64,000 nucleotides of DNA from an uncultured delta proteobacterium (GCA_963708295.1 CAVPSJ010000015.1:128001-192000); one strand, 5' to 3'. Numbered from the stretch's first letter, positions 50,462-61,432 are shown. The notes: a model not told the origin generated them from the letters alone. Numbers and translations: made by a program.

Positions 50462-50851
50462 GTGGCAGAACCCATTTATGCAACAGGCAAGAGAAAGACC
50501 TCCATCGCCAGGGTTTGGCTTGAACCCGGGGAGGGAAAGTTTGTCGTCAACGAGAGGGCGTTGAAAGAATACTTTGGGAGAGAGACCTGTGAAATGATCA
50601 CCCTTCAAGCCTTAGAACTCACCGGAACCCGAAACCAATTCGATATAAAGGTGAACGTTCAGGGAGGAGGCATCTGCGGGCAATCCGTTGCCATCCGCCA
50701 CGGGATCTCAAAGGCCCTGCTCCAGTACAATGCCGATTTCAAAGATGTTTTGAAAAAGGCTGGATTTCTCACACGTGATTCAAGGGTCAAGGAACGGAAG
50801 AAGTACGGGAGGAGGGGAGCCAGGCGGAGACCCCAGTTCTCTAAGAGGTAA
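50462..50851 (+). CDS. rpsI: 30S ribosomal protein S9
   Basis: [31 protein letters not shown]. Confidence 0.99.
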   Translation: MAEPIYATGKRKTSIARVWLEPGEGKFVVNERALKEYFGRETCEMITLQALELTGTRNQFDIKVNVQGGGICGQSVAIRHGISKALLQYNADFKDVLKKAGFLTRDSRVKERKKYGRRGARRRPQFSKR

Positions 50852-50876
50852 ATCCATGGCCCTATCGATTCGGCTT

Positions 50877-50909
50877 AAAATGGGAGGTCGTGGGACCTCC
50901 CATTTTTTT
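50877..50909 (+). terminator. Intrinsic terminator after rpsI
   Basis: AAAATGGGAGGTC-GTGG-GACCTCCCATTTTTTT. Confidence 0.85.
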
Positions 50910-50934
50910 ATTTGGGGTATTGGTTTTTTTGGGT

Positions 50935-51321
50935 CACCCCACCCCCACCCCATGTACCACGTGGGATGCATGGCTGGCCCTGAACCTTACATGGTTCAGG
51001 GCTTCCCCTCCCCCTGAGAGACTGTGTCACAATGGAACATCCTCCGGGGAGAGGCAGTCGGGTTCCAAAGCTTTAGAACGCGGGTCTTTTAGGAATGGGG
51101 AACCGTCGTTGGCTAAAAATCGAATGTGTTCATAGGGTTGGTGACCCTGAATCCAAACGGTTATAAAGGTTGCCGCTCTAAATCTTCTCCACCCGACCGC
51201 CTCTCCCCTTTTTTGAAAAGCATGTTTTCATATTGCGACACAGCCTCTGAAGGGGAGGGAAATTGTTATGTTCCTCCCCCTTCAAGGGGGAGGTTGGGAA
51301 GGGGATGGGCCTCATTAGTAA
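50935..51321 (+). repeat. Family H element with nested MITE A
   Basis: About 50941-51017 closely matches 38868-38944; similarity resumes after the MITE. Confidence 0.8.
51018..51247 (+). mobile_element. MITE family A, copy 4 (TGA duplication)
   Basis: Both TIRs; TGA on both flanks; the empty homologue has a single TGA. Confidence 0.92.
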
Positions 51322-51364
51322 CCGAGCAAACTCAATCAACTCAATAAACCCAAGGGAGTGACCT

Positions 51365-52405
51365 ATGAAGACAAAAGTAGGGATCATCGGGGCAACGGGA
51401 TACACGGGGGCGGAACTCCTCCGCCTTCTCCTTCGTCACCCTCAGGTGGAGGTGACCGCGCTTACCTCTCAAAAATATGCCGGAATTCCGATTGACCAGG
51501 TCTTTCCCACTCTGATGAAACATCTCCAGTTGAAGTGCGAAGAGCTAAACGTCGAGACGATTTCAGAAAAGGCGGATTTTATTTTCACGGCAGTCCCCCA
51601 TAAGACCGCCATGGAGGTCGTTCCCCTCTTCCACCGGCAGGAGAAAAGAATCGTTGATCTGAGTGCAGACTTTCGGTTTAAGAATGCGGCTCTGTATGAA
51701 AAGTGGTATCAGAAGCATACGAGCGCGGACTTACTCCCGGAATCGGTTTATGGTTTGCCGGAGCTCCATCGAGAGAAAATTCGGAAGGCAAAGATCGTCG
51801 GAAACCCGGGGTGCTATCCCACGGGAGCTTTGATCGGGCTCATCCCGCTGGTGAAAAAGGGGATGATCTCGCTGGAGAACATCGTGATTGATTCCAAATC
51901 CGGCGTGAGCGGCGCAGGCCGGGATGTGGTCCTGGAGTCCCTTTTCTGCGAAGTGAATGAAGGCGTGAAGGCTTACAAGATCTTCGCTCACCGGCACACC
52001 CCGGAGATCGATCAGGAGCTGAGCCAGCTGGCCCAAAAAGAGATCAGCGTCACCTTCGTCCCCCACCTCATCCCGGTGGACCGGGGAATCTTGTCCACGC
52101 TCTATGTCCGTCTGACAAAAAAGATGAAGACAGAAGAGCTGCTCAACGTCTATCAGGAGGCTTACCGGGAGGAGCCTTTCATTCGAGTTCACCCCAAAGG
52201 GAAACTCCCGAGCACAAAGAATGTCAGGGGTTCCAATTTGTGCGATATCGGTATGACGGTGAACGATTCAGACGGTCGGGCCGTGATCGTGACGGCGATT
52301 GACAATTTGGTGAAGGGGGCCTCGGGGGAAGCCGTCCAAAACATGAACATTATGCTGGGGTATCCCGAGACCATGGGTCTCGATGTCATGCCTCTGTTTC
52401 CGTAG
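51365..52405 (+). CDS. argC: N-acetyl-gamma-glutamyl-phosphate reductase
   Basis: GATGYTG, DLSADFR, NPGCYPT, SGVSGAG, HRHTPEI, IDNLVKGASG. Confidence 0.98.
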   Translation: MKTKVGIIGATGYTGAELLRLLLRHPQVEVTALTSQKYAGIPIDQVFPTLMKHLQLKCEELNVETISEKADFIFTAVPHKTAMEVVPLFHRQEKRIVDLSADFRFKNAALYEKWYQKHTSADLLPESVYGLPELHREKIRKAKIVGNPGCYPTGALIGLIPLVKKGMISLENIVIDSKSGVSGAGRDVVLESLFCEVNEGVKAYKIFAHRHTPEIDQELSQLAQKEISVTFVPHLIPVDRGILSTLYVRLTKKMKTEELLNVYQEAYREEPFIRVHPKGKLPSTKNVRGSNLCDIGMTVNDSDGRAVIVTAIDNLVKGASGEAVQNMNIMLGYPETMGLDVMPLFP

Positions 52406-52439
52406 AAAGCTCACCCCTCAAAACCATGGGGCCGCTACG

Positions 52440-52930
52440 CGGAAGCTCAAAGCTAGACAATTAATGTTGAATTATGAGTTGTGAGGTTTGAGTCAATTCA
52501 AAATTCAAAACTTAAAACTTAAAACTTCTTTCTGACCTTCTCATCTGTTTCACCGCGAGCTGCTATTCCGCACCCCGCATTCCGCAATTTCGCAATTCCA
52601 TTTTACAACCCCGCCGGATTCTGTTAAATTATTTTCGAAATGATGACACCCTTGTCCAAAATAAGATTCTCAACGCAGAGGCGCAAAGGACGCAGAGAAA
52701 TTGATTTTTTCTTTGGCGGTGAGAGGCCGCCAAAGAAAAGGCCTCTGTTACTCAGGCATAGGGTTCTCAATAGCTTGCATAACCTTGATAGAGTCCCGGT
52801 TTTATGGTCGAAAGGGAACAGTTTCTGATCCAATCGCCGTCTCCTCTCCGAGCCATAGGCTCTCTGAGCCGGTGGCCGATTGGATCAGAAGAAAAATCTT
52901 CCTCAGCGATCTCTGCGGCTCTGCGGTAAA
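52440..52930. repeat. Mosaic of heptamer arrays and a CGCAGAG...CTCTGCG-bounded palindromic element
   Basis: AAAACTT and TTCCGCA tandem units; 52672-52930 has inverted ends and a TTTGGCGG...CCGCCAAA hairpin also seen at 59511-59731. Confidence 0.6.
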
Positions 52931-53022
52931 CTTGATTTTGAACGAGTAGGAATAATAGCTGAAGTGACAAATGGAATCAGCTACCGTTATGCCAAATTCA
53001 ATCGTTCTTGGACAGCAGTGAA

Positions 53023-55629
53023 ATGACGACAAAACCCTTGACTCCCATGATCAAGCAGTATCTCCAGATTAAGAGTCAATATCCGGATTCCATTCTTTTT
53101 TTCCGGATGGGAGACTTCTACGAGATGTTTTTCGAGGATGCCCGGTTGGGCTCCCGGGAACTGGATATCGCATTGACCTCGAGGGATAAAGGCCACAAAG
53201 ACAGCGTCCCCCTGTGCGGGATCCCTTATTTTGCCGCCGAAACCTACATTTCCAAGCTCTTACAGAAGGGCTATAAGGTTGCCCTTTGTGACCAGGTCGA
53301 AGACCCAAGATTTGCGAAAGGAATCGTCAAGAGAGAAGTGGTCAGAGTCTTCACTCCGGGTCTGGTCACGGACTCGATTCAATTGGGGACGGGGGAGAAT
53401 AATTACCTGATGGGGTTCGATGTCGAGGGAGAGGTTTTCGGGCTGGCCTTTCTGGACATTTCCACCGGGGAACTCAAGGCCTGTCAAATCTCGGGGCTGG
53501 AGCCTTTTCTGAGCGAAGCTCTTCGAAACGAACCGAAAGAAATTCTATCCCTCAAGCGATTTCAGGAGCATCCCTGCTTTGACGGATTCAAAAAGAATTT
53601 TGAGAATAACTCGGTGACCTATTTAGACGACCCGGGATTCGACGCCCTCTCTTCGTTCTCCGCGGAAGAACGGGATTCGATCATGCAGAGAGCGCCTCTC
53701 GCCGCCCGGGCCGTCGCCATGGTTCTTCACTACGCAGAGGCGAACCAGAAAAGACCGCTTTCCCATATCCGCCCCCTCTCTTTTTATCGCGTCCAGGATT
53801 TTATGGTCATCGACGAGGTGACGAAGCGGAATCTCGAGCTGACTCAATCCCTTTTTGATCAGAGCAAGCGAGGATCTCTCTTCTGGCTTTTGGATGAAAC
53901 CATCACCCTGATGGGAAGCCGGACATTGAAACAGTGGTTAAACTATCCGCTGATCGACGTCCGGGAGATCGGAAGCCGGCTGGAAGGGGTCTCCGAGTTG
54001 AAAGAGAAAAAGATCGAAAGGAAGCGGTTCCGCGAATCTTTAGAAGGAATCCAGGACATCGAAAGACTGAGTTCGCGGATCTTCCTCGGACACGCCAATG
54101 CTCGAGATCTCATCGGTTTAAAAAAATCACTCCAAAGCTTGCCTATTCTCAAGGCGAATCTTCAGCCCCTGGATGTCCCGATCATCAAAGAGTCGGCGGC
54201 GGAAATCGAGGATTTTGACGACCTGCATCGACTCCTCGAATCCTCCATCGTGGATAACCCACCCCTGACGATCAAAGAGGGAGGGATCATCAAACCGAAG
54301 TATGACAAGGAATTGGATGCTCTCAGGGAGATCGGCCGGGAGGGGAAGGGGTGGATCCTTCAGCTGGAAGCCGAGGAAAGAAAGAAGACGGGAATCCCCT
54401 CGTTGAAGGTTCGGTACAATCAAGTCTTCGGGTATTATATCGAAGTGACCAAAAGCAATCTTCACCTCGTTCCGGGCCATTACATCCGAAAGCAGACCTT
54501 GGTGAATGCCGAGCGGTTTATCACTCCGGAGCTGAAGGAATTTGAAACCAAAGTGTTAGGAGCCGAAGAAGCGATCTGCCAGCTGGAATACCGGCTTTTC
54601 GAAGAAATTCGAAAAAGAGTCTCGGAAGAAACCCCGCGGCTTCAAAAAACGGCTTCCGCCATTGCGATCGTAGATATTCTCGGCGCCATGGCCGAGATTG
54701 CCGATCGGTATAATTATATTCAACCCGTTGTCGATGAGGGGGATGAGATCATCATCCGCGATGGGAGGCATCCTGTCGTGGAGAGGATGGGGCTCTCGGA
54801 AAGGTTTGTTCCCAACGATACTCAAATGGATACCCGGGAGCATCAGCTTCTCATCCTCACCGGGCCAAACATGGCGGGGAAATCGACTTATTTACGGCAG
54901 GTCGCCCTGATCGTACTCATGGCTCAGATGGGGTGTTTTGTCCCCGCGGGTGAAGCGAAGATCGGAGTCGTGGATCGGGTCTTCTCCCGAATCGGCGCTC
55001 TGGACAATATCATGCGGGGACAAAGCACCTTCATGGTGGAGATGATGGAGACGGCTCGCATCCTGAATCAGGCCACCTCGAGGAGTTTTGTCGTTCTGGA
55101 TGAGATCGGGAGAGGAACCAGTACCTTTGATGGGTTGAGCATTGCCTGGTCGGTGGCCGAATATCTCCACGACCATGCCTCGCTCAGGCCGAAGACCCTC
55201 TTTGCGACCCACTACCATGAATTGACGGAATTGGCTCTTACCAAGGAGAGGGTCAAGAATTACAATGTCGCCGTAAAGGAGTGGAACGGGGAGATCATCT
55301 TCCTCAGGAAGATCGTCGAAGGAGGGACGAACCGGAGCTATGGGATTCAAGTGGCACGGCTGGCAGGTCTGCCCGCAAAGGTGATCGACCGGGCCAAGGA
55401 GATCCTTTCCAATCTGGAAAAGGGCGAATTGGACGCCATGGGGATGCCAAAGATCGCCACGGCCAAGTTCCCTGCTTCGAAGCCCAAGCCTCCTTTGCAA
55501 CCTTCCCTTTTTTTTCAGCCTGATTCCATCCGATCCGAGTTGCAGAAGATCCAGACCGATCAATTAACGCCTCTTGAGGCTTTGACTGTTCTGGATCGCT
55601 TGAAGAAAAAAGCCGAAAAAGAAGAGTAG
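53023..55629 (+). CDS. mutS: DNA mismatch repair protein MutS
   Basis: TPMIKQY, FRMGDFYEMF, TGPNMAGKST, STFMVEM, DEIGRGTST, SYGIQVARLAGLP. Confidence 0.99.
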   Translation: MTTKPLTPMIKQYLQIKSQYPDSILFFRMGDFYEMFFEDARLGSRELDIALTSRDKGHKDSVPLCGIPYFAAETYISKLLQKGYKVALCDQVEDPRFAKGIVKREVVRVFTPGLVTDSIQLGTGENNYLMGFDVEGEVFGLAFLDISTGELKACQISGLEPFLSEALRNEPKEILSLKRFQEHPCFDGFKKNFENNSVTYLDDPGFDALSSFSAEERDSIMQRAPLAARAVAMVLHYAEANQKRPLSHIRPLSFYRVQDFMVIDEVTKRNLELTQSLFDQSKRGSLFWLLDETITLMGSRTLKQWLNYPLIDVREIGSRLEGVSELKEKKIERKRFRESLEGIQDIERLSSRIFLGHANARDLIGLKKSLQSLPILKANLQPLDVPIIKESAAEIEDFDDLHRLLESSIVDNPPLTIKEGGIIKPKYDKELDALREIGREGKGWILQLEAEERKKTGIPSLKVRYNQVFGYYIEVTKSNLHLVPGHYIRKQTLVNAERFITPELKEFETKVLGAEEAICQLEYRLFEEIRKRVSEETPRLQKTASAIAIVDILGAMAEIADRYNYIQPVVDEGDEIIIRDGRHPVVERMGLSERFVPNDTQMDTREHQLLILTGPNMAGKSTYLRQVALIVLMAQMGCFVPAGEAKIGVVDRVFSRIGALDNIMRGQSTFMVEMMETARILNQATSRSFVVLDEIGRGTSTFDGLSIAWSVAEYLHDHASLRPKTLFATHYHELTELALTKERVKNYNVAVKEWNGEIIFLRKIVEGGTNRSYGIQVARLAGLPAKVIDRAKEILSNLEKGELDAMGMPKIATAKFPASKPKPPLQPSLFFQPDSIRSELQKIQTDQLTPLEALTVLDRLKKKAEKEE

Positions 55630-55638
55630 AAAATAGCA

Positions 55639-55826
55639 ATTTCAAATGTCAAAGTTCAAATGTCAAATCAAATCCAAAGGTCAAATGAAATGCCAAAATC
55701 GAAGATCCTGAATCAAGTTCAGGGCCTGGTTCGGCTTAACCACAATGTCATTCTGAACTCTTTGCGGAATCCATTTTTGAACTTTGACATTCCTTTGACA
55801 TTTGAATCTTTGACATTTGACATTTT
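55639..55826. repeat. Inverted heptamer array (AAATGTC ... GACATTT)
   Basis: TCAAATG/GTCAAA units followed by TTTGACA units; nested GATCCTGAATCAAGTTCAGG palindrome. Confidence 0.7.
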
Positions 55827-55838
55827 GGATATGAGCGA

Positions 55839-56484
55839 ATGATTGATTTCCCGAAGGCAAGACTGAAGATGGTAGAAGAGCAGATTACCTCCAGGGGGAT
55901 CAAAGATGCCAGGTTGATTGCCGCCATGAAGAAAATTCCCCGCCATCTCTTCGTGGAAGAAGCCCTTCAAAGCCAGGTCTACACCGACCATCCTCTGCCC
56001 ATCGGAGAAAAGCAGACCATCTCTCAGCCCTACATGGTCGCCTTGATGACAGAGGCCCTGTTATTGACGGGAAAGGAAAGGGTGTTGGAAATCGGGACGG
56101 GATCAGGATATCAGACGGCGATTCTAGCGGAATTGTCCGAAAAGGTCTTTTCCATTGAAAGGATTCGTCCCCTGGCTATCCGGGCAAGAAAGTTACTGTA
56201 TGAATTGGGGTATTTCAACGTCGAGATCAAAATTTTTGACGGGACCTTGGGATGGGGGAGAGAGTCCGTTCGATGCCATTCTCGTCACGGCGGGGTCTCC
56301 TGATATTCCTCAGCCTCTGATCGACCAGCTGGCGACCGGAGGAAGACTGGTTATCCCTGTGGGAGATGCTCTTATCCAGGAGTTGTATCGGCTGACCAAG
56401 ACAGAGGCGGGGGTGAAGAAAGAGGACCTGGGAGGGTGCCGATTTGTCAAGCTGATAGGGGAATATGGGTGGAAAGCCGAATGA
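55839..56484 (+). CDS. pcm: Protein-L-isoaspartate O-methyltransferase (frameshift near 56255)
   Basis: [27 protein letters not shown], then [26 protein letters not shown] in a second frame. Confidence 0.95.
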
Positions 56485-56501
56485 ACAATGGGCAATGACC
56501 A

Positions 56502-57248
56502 ATGATCAATAAGCAATCATCCATCATCAATCGCCAATCGTTCATCCTCCTCCTCCTCTGGGTTTCATTTCTTTCTCTTAGTCTCGTCGCCGGCGGATGC
56601 GCAAGACATGGAGCTTCCCCTGGAAGACGCTCTCCGCCTCCGGAGAGGGAAGGGGTTTATCATGTGGTGGAGAGACACCAAACCCTTTACCGCATCTGTA
56701 AAACCTACGGGGTCGATCTCAAAGGAGTGGCCTCTCTCAACGGCATCGCAGATCCGAGCAAAATTGAGACCGGCCAGCGGATTTTTATCCCGGGGGCGAA
56801 GAAAGTTCTAAAAGTTGAGATTTATATCGATGATGTGGCCGCAGAGCAGGGGGAGAAGTCAAGAATTGCTTACAAGCAACTTGATTTCATCTGGCCTGTC
56901 GAAGGAAAGATCACCGATGCTTTTGCGGATGTCGAGAGGAAAAACCATCAAGGGATCGATATCTCCTGCCCCGCTGGGACGCCGATCAAAGCCTCAAGCG
57001 CCGGGAAGGTTATCTACTCCAATAACGGCATCAAGGGATATGGTAACCTGATCATCCTTCGCCACTCCGAAGAGTACGTCACGGTTTATGCTCACAATCA
57101 GGTGAATCTGGCAGAAGAGGGGACGTGGGCAGAGAAGGGGCAAATCATCGGAAAAGTGGGCCAGACGGGGAGAGCCTCCGGGCCTCATCTCCACTTCGAA
57201 ATCCGAAAGAATAATAGGCCTTTGAACCCATTTCTTTTCTTGAAATAA
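56502..57248 (+). CDS. nlpD: LysM + M23 peptidase lipoprotein (NlpD-like)
   Basis: Lipobox AGGC, LysM, HQGIDI, GYGNLIILRH, YAHN, GPHLHFEIR; follows pcm. Confidence 0.88.
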   Translation: MINKQSSIINRQSFILLLLWVSFLSLSLVAGGCARHGASPGRRSPPPEREGVYHVVERHQTLYRICKTYGVDLKGVASLNGIADPSKIETGQRIFIPGAKKVLKVEIYIDDVAAEQGEKSRIAYKQLDFIWPVEGKITDAFADVERKNHQGIDISCPAGTPIKASSAGKVIYSNNGIKGYGNLIILRHSEEYVTVYAHNQVNLAEEGTWAEKGQIIGKVGQTGRASGPHLHFEIRKNNRPLNPFLFLK

Positions 57249-57518
57249 ACCCACCTCCAGATCGCAGATCTGCCATCCCTGTCACGTACATCAAGTACAT
57301 CAAAAGGTCCCTCACAAGATCATTTCGATACATTTATTTTGTTGACTTTTAGTGCAATAGTGAAATAATGTTTCGACAAATGGCATACATGGAGAGGAGG
57401 TGGTTGGTTTTCTTAATCAGTCACGGGTTACGACTTAAGGGCAACGTATTCAGAAGCAGGAAGAAACATGCCATATTCTCCGTGGAGATTTAACGGAGGA
57501 AAAGGGGGGAGGGAAGTT

Positions 57519-58994
57519 ATGAGTGACGAAAAACAAGTAAAAGCCGTAGATGGAGGTTGTGGACCGAGCTTTGAGATTACCGATCTGCCGGAGCCCCCCC
57601 GGGATCTTAATTTCAAGAAACTTTTTGCGATCCTGGGGCCAGCCGTGATCGCTCTCGGTGGCACGATCGGGGGAGGTGAGTGGCTGGTCGGTCCTTCTCT
57701 TTTCGTAAAATGGGGCCTTGCACTCCTTTGGATTACAACCATTTCTGCTTTACTTCAGGTTTTTCTCAATCTCGAGATGACCCGTTATACCCTCTACACC
57801 GGAGAGCCGATCACCGTCGGTTTTATGAGACTGAAGCCCGGGAAGGCATTCTGGGGCTGGCTTTTCACAATCGTTGGATTCTGCGAGCGGGGCCTGCCCG
57901 GTTGGATTCTCGCCTGCGCAACCGCTGTCGTGGCTTTCGGGATAGGTAGAATTCCCGGAGCTGCGGATAAGGGAACAGTCGTGATATGGGGTTTTATTCT
58001 CTTTGTCTCCTGTGCTGTTGTTATCTCATTGGGAAAGACGATCGAGAGGACCCTTGAATGGGCCAATTGGATTATGATGATCGTCGTTCTTGGAGGGCTT
58101 TTCATACTCGATCTCTTCATCGTCCCGGCATCGATCTGGTGGGAAGGTATTAGGGGATTTTTCAGTTTCGGTTACATTCCAGAGGGAGTGGACGTACTTC
58201 TTTTGGGTGCTCTCGTGGGTTATTCCGCCTATGGAGGATTCGGAAATAACGCGATCACCAACTGGTATCGTGACAAGGGCTATGGAATGGGGGCAAAGAT
58301 TGGCTACATCCCCGCTGCCATTGGCGGGAAGGTGATTCACGTCTCGCCTCATGGGAAAGTTCCGATGCCTACTGAAAAGAACCTTTCCAGCTGGAGGGGT
58401 TGGTGGAAACTCCTGAACATTGATCAGTGGGGTGTTTTTTACTTTGGAGCGATGATCGGGATGTTCCTCCCTGGTATCCTTTATGTCGGCGTGCTTCCAA
58501 GAGGATCAACGCTTCCGAGCTGGGGGATTGCTGCTTCTTCTGCCAGCGGTCTCATTTTAAAGCTTGGCAATTTTGGCTGGTTCCTCGCCCTCTTTTTCGG
58601 GTTCTGGATTCTCTATTCGACGGCCATGAGCAACGTGGACCTGGTTGTTCGTCAGTCCACGGATATGCTTTGGTTTGCATCGGATAGGTTGAGGAAGATT
58701 TCAAAGGAAGATATTCGGAAGATCTATTATTTCTTGCTGATCGTGTTTGTCATCTGGGGTGCTCTCTTCATGAATATCACACTCCCCCTGATCATCTTCG
58801 CTGTCAGCGCTAATATCGCCAACTTTACCATGGCCCTCTCAGCGGTCGCCACCATGCGTCTGAATAGGAAGTTCCTTCCCAAGGAATATCGACCCGCATT
58901 GTGGAGGGAGATCATCCTTATCCTCAACTTAATCTTCTTTGGGTTCTTCTTTTTAGTCTTTGTTGTGAAGGTGATTATACCAAAGATCTTCTAA
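57519..58994 (+). CDS. Nramp-like (APC superfamily) transporter
   Basis: ILGPAVIALGGTIGGGEWLVGP, NLEMTRYTLYTGEP, about 11 TMs. Confidence 0.85.
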   Translation: MSDEKQVKAVDGGCGPSFEITDLPEPPRDLNFKKLFAILGPAVIALGGTIGGGEWLVGPSLFVKWGLALLWITTISALLQVFLNLEMTRYTLYTGEPITVGFMRLKPGKAFWGWLFTIVGFCERGLPGWILACATAVVAFGIGRIPGAADKGTVVIWGFILFVSCAVVISLGKTIERTLEWANWIMMIVVLGGLFILDLFIVPASIWWEGIRGFFSFGYIPEGVDVLLLGALVGYSAYGGFGNNAITNWYRDKGYGMGAKIGYIPAAIGGKVIHVSPHGKVPMPTEKNLSSWRGWWKLLNIDQWGVFYFGAMIGMFLPGILYVGVLPRGSTLPSWGIAASSASGLILKLGNFGWFLALFFGFWILYSTAMSNVDLVVRQSTDMLWFASDRLRKISKEDIRKIYYFLLIVFVIWGALFMNITLPLIIFAVSANIANFTMALSAVATMRLNRKFLPKEYRPALWREIILILNLIFFGFFFLVFVVKVIIPKIF

Positions 58995-59025
58995 ACGTTC
59001 TTGAAGCCACCGTGAGGTCATAGCG

Positions 59026-59058
59026 GAAGGCCTGCCCCATTCTGGACAGGCCTTCTTT
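59026..59058 (+). terminator. Intrinsic terminator
   Basis: GAAGGCCTG...CAGGCCTTC followed by TTT. Confidence 0.65.
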
Positions 59059-59092
59059 GTCTCATCAGATTTTCCTATAGTTGAACTGTGAA

Positions 59093-59486
59093 ATGGATAT
59101 AAAATCGTGGAAGACAAAATCGAAGCAGTTAAGAACGGAGATCGTGGCCCTTTATTTAGCCTCCAAACATCCGAGGACACCCTGGTATGCCAAGGTCCTG
59201 GCGGCCCTGATCATCGGTTATGCGTTGAGCCCGATCGATCTCATTCCGGATTTTATCCCTGGGGTGGGATATCTTGATGATCTCATCGTCATTCCCGCAG
59301 GGATCGCCCTTCTGGTCAAAATCATTCCGGGAGATGTCCTGGAGGAGTGCCGATCGAAGGCACAATCTGACCTCGGTGAATAGAAGATCTAAAAACTGGG
59401 TCGCTGGAGTCATCATCGTCTTGGTCTGGCTGTTGGCCCTGTATCTGGTGTTGAGCCTGGTATGGCCGCTATTAACGGGAGCATGA
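59093..59486 (+). CDS. DUF1232/YkvA family membrane protein (frameshift near 59375)
   Basis: HPRTPWYAK, YALSPIDLIPDFIPGVGYLDDL; tail NWVAGVIIVLVW in the next frame. Confidence 0.9.
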
Positions 59487-59510
59487 AATAGTTTAAATTA
59501 TAGAATTGGA

Positions 59511-59731
59511 TTTTCACCGCCCGTTCGTCCTGCAAAAGCAGGACTCATTAGAGACGCAGAGGTCGCTGAGCAAGATATTCTTTAATAGAGAATCGGGAGG
59601 ATACCGATTCTCTATTAGCCTCTGGCCTTCGGCGAAAAATCTTTCCGGCGGAGCAGGAAGGTCTTTGTTTGGCGGTATCTCTCCGCCAAACAAAAGATCG
59701 TTTCTCCCGTTCTCTGCGACTCCGCGGTGAA
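59511..59731. repeat. CGCAGAG...CTCTGCG-type palindromic element
   Basis: Ends TTCACCGC / GCGGTGAA; internal hairpins AATAGAGAATCGG...CCGATTCTCTATT and TTTGTTTGGCGG...CCGCCAAACAAA. Confidence 0.65.
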
Positions 59732-59746
59732 TGCGAGTAGCGAGGG

Positions 59747-60366
59747 TCATCTCCCCTTTTCCCGGAGGTCTCTGATCCTCAGATCCCCGACCGTATCGAT
59801 GTCTCTCAGAGGTTGCAGGGTGTGGACGGTCAGCCCTTCCCGCTCCAGGACTTCGAGGGTTTTTTCGAAGACACTCTCCGTGCTCCAGCGAATCCCCTCA
59901 AAAACCCGTGGCGAGAAAGTCTCCTTCTTAAACCCGATCAGGTAATATCCGCCGTCCAAGGAGGGGCCGATCACGGCGTCTTTCTCCTGGAGGGAGGTAA
60001 AGGCCTCCTCGATGAACTCGAGTGACAAATCAGGAATATCACTTCCAATCAGGACCACTCTTTTGAAGTTCATGGAAATAGCTTCCGCGAAACCGTTCTT
60101 CATCCTCTCCCCAAGATCTTCGCCGGCTCTGAGGCATGAAGAGGTAATGGTCTCCCAACCAATCCTTGAGGCTCGCTCAGAGGGCTCTCCGGGGAGTAGC
60201 ACAGATAGAAAATGAAGGTTCCTCGATTTAGCGTGAACAGCATTTCAAGCAGAAAGCGCTTGTAAAGCTTCACGGCCGTCTTATCCCCGATCGCGGAAGC
60301 CAGCCTTGTTTTCACGTTGCCCTTTTCCGGATTCTTTATAAAGAAAAGCAAACACCGATCGTCCAA
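59747..60366 (-). CDS. TIGR04282/DUF2064-family glycosyltransferase-like protein (frameshifted)
   Basis: FIKNPEKGNVKTRLA, DLGERM, LIGSDIP, GPSLDGGYYLIG, WST, DID. Confidence 0.88.
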
Positions 60367-60424
60367 TGGAATTCTCCTCAGCCCCCGCGGTACGCAGCCG
60401 GCTGTCACCTAAATTCTCTTTCAC

Positions 60425-60589
60425 TAAGTAAAGAACCCCGCCACGGGGCGGGGCTTTAAAACCTAAATTCTAAAGCCCAAAAGCGAGATCGAGAAATCGA
60501 TAGATCCTGAATCAAGTTCAGGACCTGGTTCGGGATGACAAAAAGATCAGAACCGAACCGTCATGTCATGCTGAACTTGTTCCAGCATC
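60425..60589 (-). mobile_element. Family B element, copy 3 (left end missing)
   Basis: Reverse complement of about 2303-2468. Confidence 0.75.
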
Positions 60590-61432
60590 ATTCTGTCCCC
60601 GGGCTTCTGGTCATGGGATACTTTCCCAGCTTGCCGATAAAGGGCAGGGCGATCAACCATAAAAATGTCAGTTTTTGGGGTTCCTTATATTGGTCAAGGC
60701 CAATGATCATTTCCAGGTGTCCTTTTGCAGGTTGATTCCGATAGGTCCCAAACAAGCCGGTCCCACCAGGGAAAGCTGAAACCGAGGTTGCTGTTTGTTT
60801 CCCACCGTATGGTTGAGTGATGAACACGATGCATCTCCGGCGTCACCACGATCAGGCGAAGAAAGGAATCGATTGGTTGAGAATACCGAACATTTCCATG
60901 ATTGAACATGGAGGTTCCGTTCAGGATGATTTCAAAGATCAAAACAGACGCGGGAGGAGCGCCGATCAAGACGACGACAACCATCTTGATGCCCAGTCGA
61001 AAGGAGGATCTCTATCGGATGGAAGCGAATCCCCGTGGTGACATCGATATCCATGTCGGAATGGTGGACCATGTGGAGCCGCCAGAGCAGGGGCGCGGAA
61101 TGAAACATGACATGCTGAAGATAGATGGCGAGATCAAGGATCAACACACTGAAGACGATTTTTAACAGGGTGGACAGATCAAATTGATTGAGTAAACCCC
61201 AGCCCCGTTGCTGGGCCAGGAAGGCGACGCCCGCGAGTCCTGCCGGAAAGGCTAGACGTACGATCACAGAGTCGATGAAGACCAGGCCAAGATTGCTAAA
61301 CCATCGCGCTCTTTTGGATGTGGTTAAGGGTCGGCGGGGTGCGACGAGTTCCCAGAGAAACATGATCACAAGAATCCCAATAAAAGATCCAAATCTGATC
61401 ACCAGTTCGTATTTATTGGTCATAAGGTTCAT
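60588..61432 (-). CDS. Sterol desaturase / fatty-acid hydroxylase family protein (two frameshifts)
   Basis: His boxes YLQH, WRLHMVHHSD, RFHP, FNHGN, MHRVHHS over three frames. Confidence 0.88.

Noticed and set aside
28071-56484. Missing usual neighbours (scpA, yajC, argJ, surE)
   Set aside because: Gene-order shuffling is common and they may lie outside the window.
57380-57518. Mn-sensing yybP-ykoY riboswitch before the Nramp-like gene
   Set aside because: The characteristic GGGGAGUAG-type motif is absent; only weak complementarity and a short possible ORF were seen.
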